Source: Mytilus trossulus | Taxonomy: Eukaryota | Assembly (NCBI RefSeq): GCF_036588685.1 | Contig: NC_086386.1 | Location: forward strand, 23,870,001 to 23,934,000 | Length of the DNA stretch: 64,000 bases | Reading direction: 5' to 3' | Shown here: positions 63,096 through 64,000 of the stretch, in pieces | Position numbering within the stretch: position 1 is the stretch's first letter | Layout: the number at the start of each line of letters is the position of its first letter | Translations under genes and position numbers: made by a program | The notes under the pieces: model-generated | Seen by the model: only the letters and a program-made list of their open reading frames with translations | Databases searched by the model: none | Told to the model about the DNA's origin: nothing

Positions 63096-63801
63096 ATAAT
63101 ACATGGCAAAATCCGTATCATATGTCGTATCATCCCGAGACATCAATATCAGCCCGAGGGCCTTTATGCCCGAGAGATGATATTGGTCGAGGGTGATACG
63201 GCATATGTGATACGGATTTTGCCATGTGTTATACGCTTTATCATATATTTCAACAGAAGAGTATTATAGTATATGACCTGTTTTCTGATCCATAGCCCTG
63301 GGTTACCTTCAGTTCTGCTTTTGTCTTGTTTCAAAGCTTTAAAATAACTGCTCAATTATTTATACGAAGCACCTAGGTTACCTTACAATCTGTAGTTTTG
63401 AAAATATTTTGTTTATTATTGTATATATTTAAGTGTTTTGTATTTTTTATAGTTGCATTGAGTGTGCCAAAAAACATGTTGTAAAAACTTGATGTTCGTG
63501 ACGTCACATACAATATGAAAACTTGATGTACGTGACGTTACATACCAAACAATGACGTCATTCCAAAAAATTACCTATTTTTAGAAAAAAAATTCTTAAT
63601 AAGCAAAAAAAAACCCCAAAAAACTTACTTTAGTTAAAAAAAAAAAAAAAAAAAAAAAAAGGTATGCGATACGGGTTATGCGATACGGGTGTTAGCCATG
63701 CGACACGGGGTATGCGATACAGGGTAGGTGATACAGACTGGAAAAAAGAACCTTTATTAGATATACAAAATAGCTGTATTTTGTACTAAATATATGATAA
63801 A
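63096..63801 (-). mobile_element. subTIR plus long-hairpin element
   Basis: Palindrome 63096-63232; 14-bp IR tttatcatatattt (63237) / aaatatatgataaa (63788). Confidence 0.7.
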
Positions 63802-64000
63802 TATATAGTACATACTTTTTCGTGTACTAAGTAATTACGCATATATGACCACAAGGGTAAAATTTCATTGTATCGTAATCAAGATATTGAAATATAAATT
63901 GCTACTGGCTATTTGAAAAAAATGTTGTGTTCCAAATTAAACTCAATAGTTTGTAATTAGTTTTCAAATTATTTTTTAAACAACCCACTATTTAATCTTT

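Overview
AT-rich, repeat-dense animal genomic DNA; the repeat families suggest a bivalve mollusc, probably Mytilus (inference). Two assembly gaps. The main feature is one spliced + strand gene (about 17649-61060, 13 exons plus 2 tentative micro-exons, 1081-1111 aa), reconstructed by hand from splice sites and intron phases. It encodes about 5 ankyrin repeats, a Roc GTPase, COR and two death domains, i.e. a kinase-less, DAPK-like ROCO protein. The ORF track misses all ankyrin exons. Its introns hold a decayed BEL/Pao LTR element, Tx1-like and RTE-X-like LINEs, Penelope-like RT fragments, a 4.4 kb EnSpm-like element, MITEs, and a retrozyme-like family with minimal type I hammerhead ribozymes (two canonical-core copies and a core-dead derived family). 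Upstream lie a 6.4 kb fold-back structure with two Helentron-type (HINE) insertions in one arm, and a compact intronless module (tandem-PC4 gene, Fos-like zipper relic) that may be of viral or Polinton-like origin.
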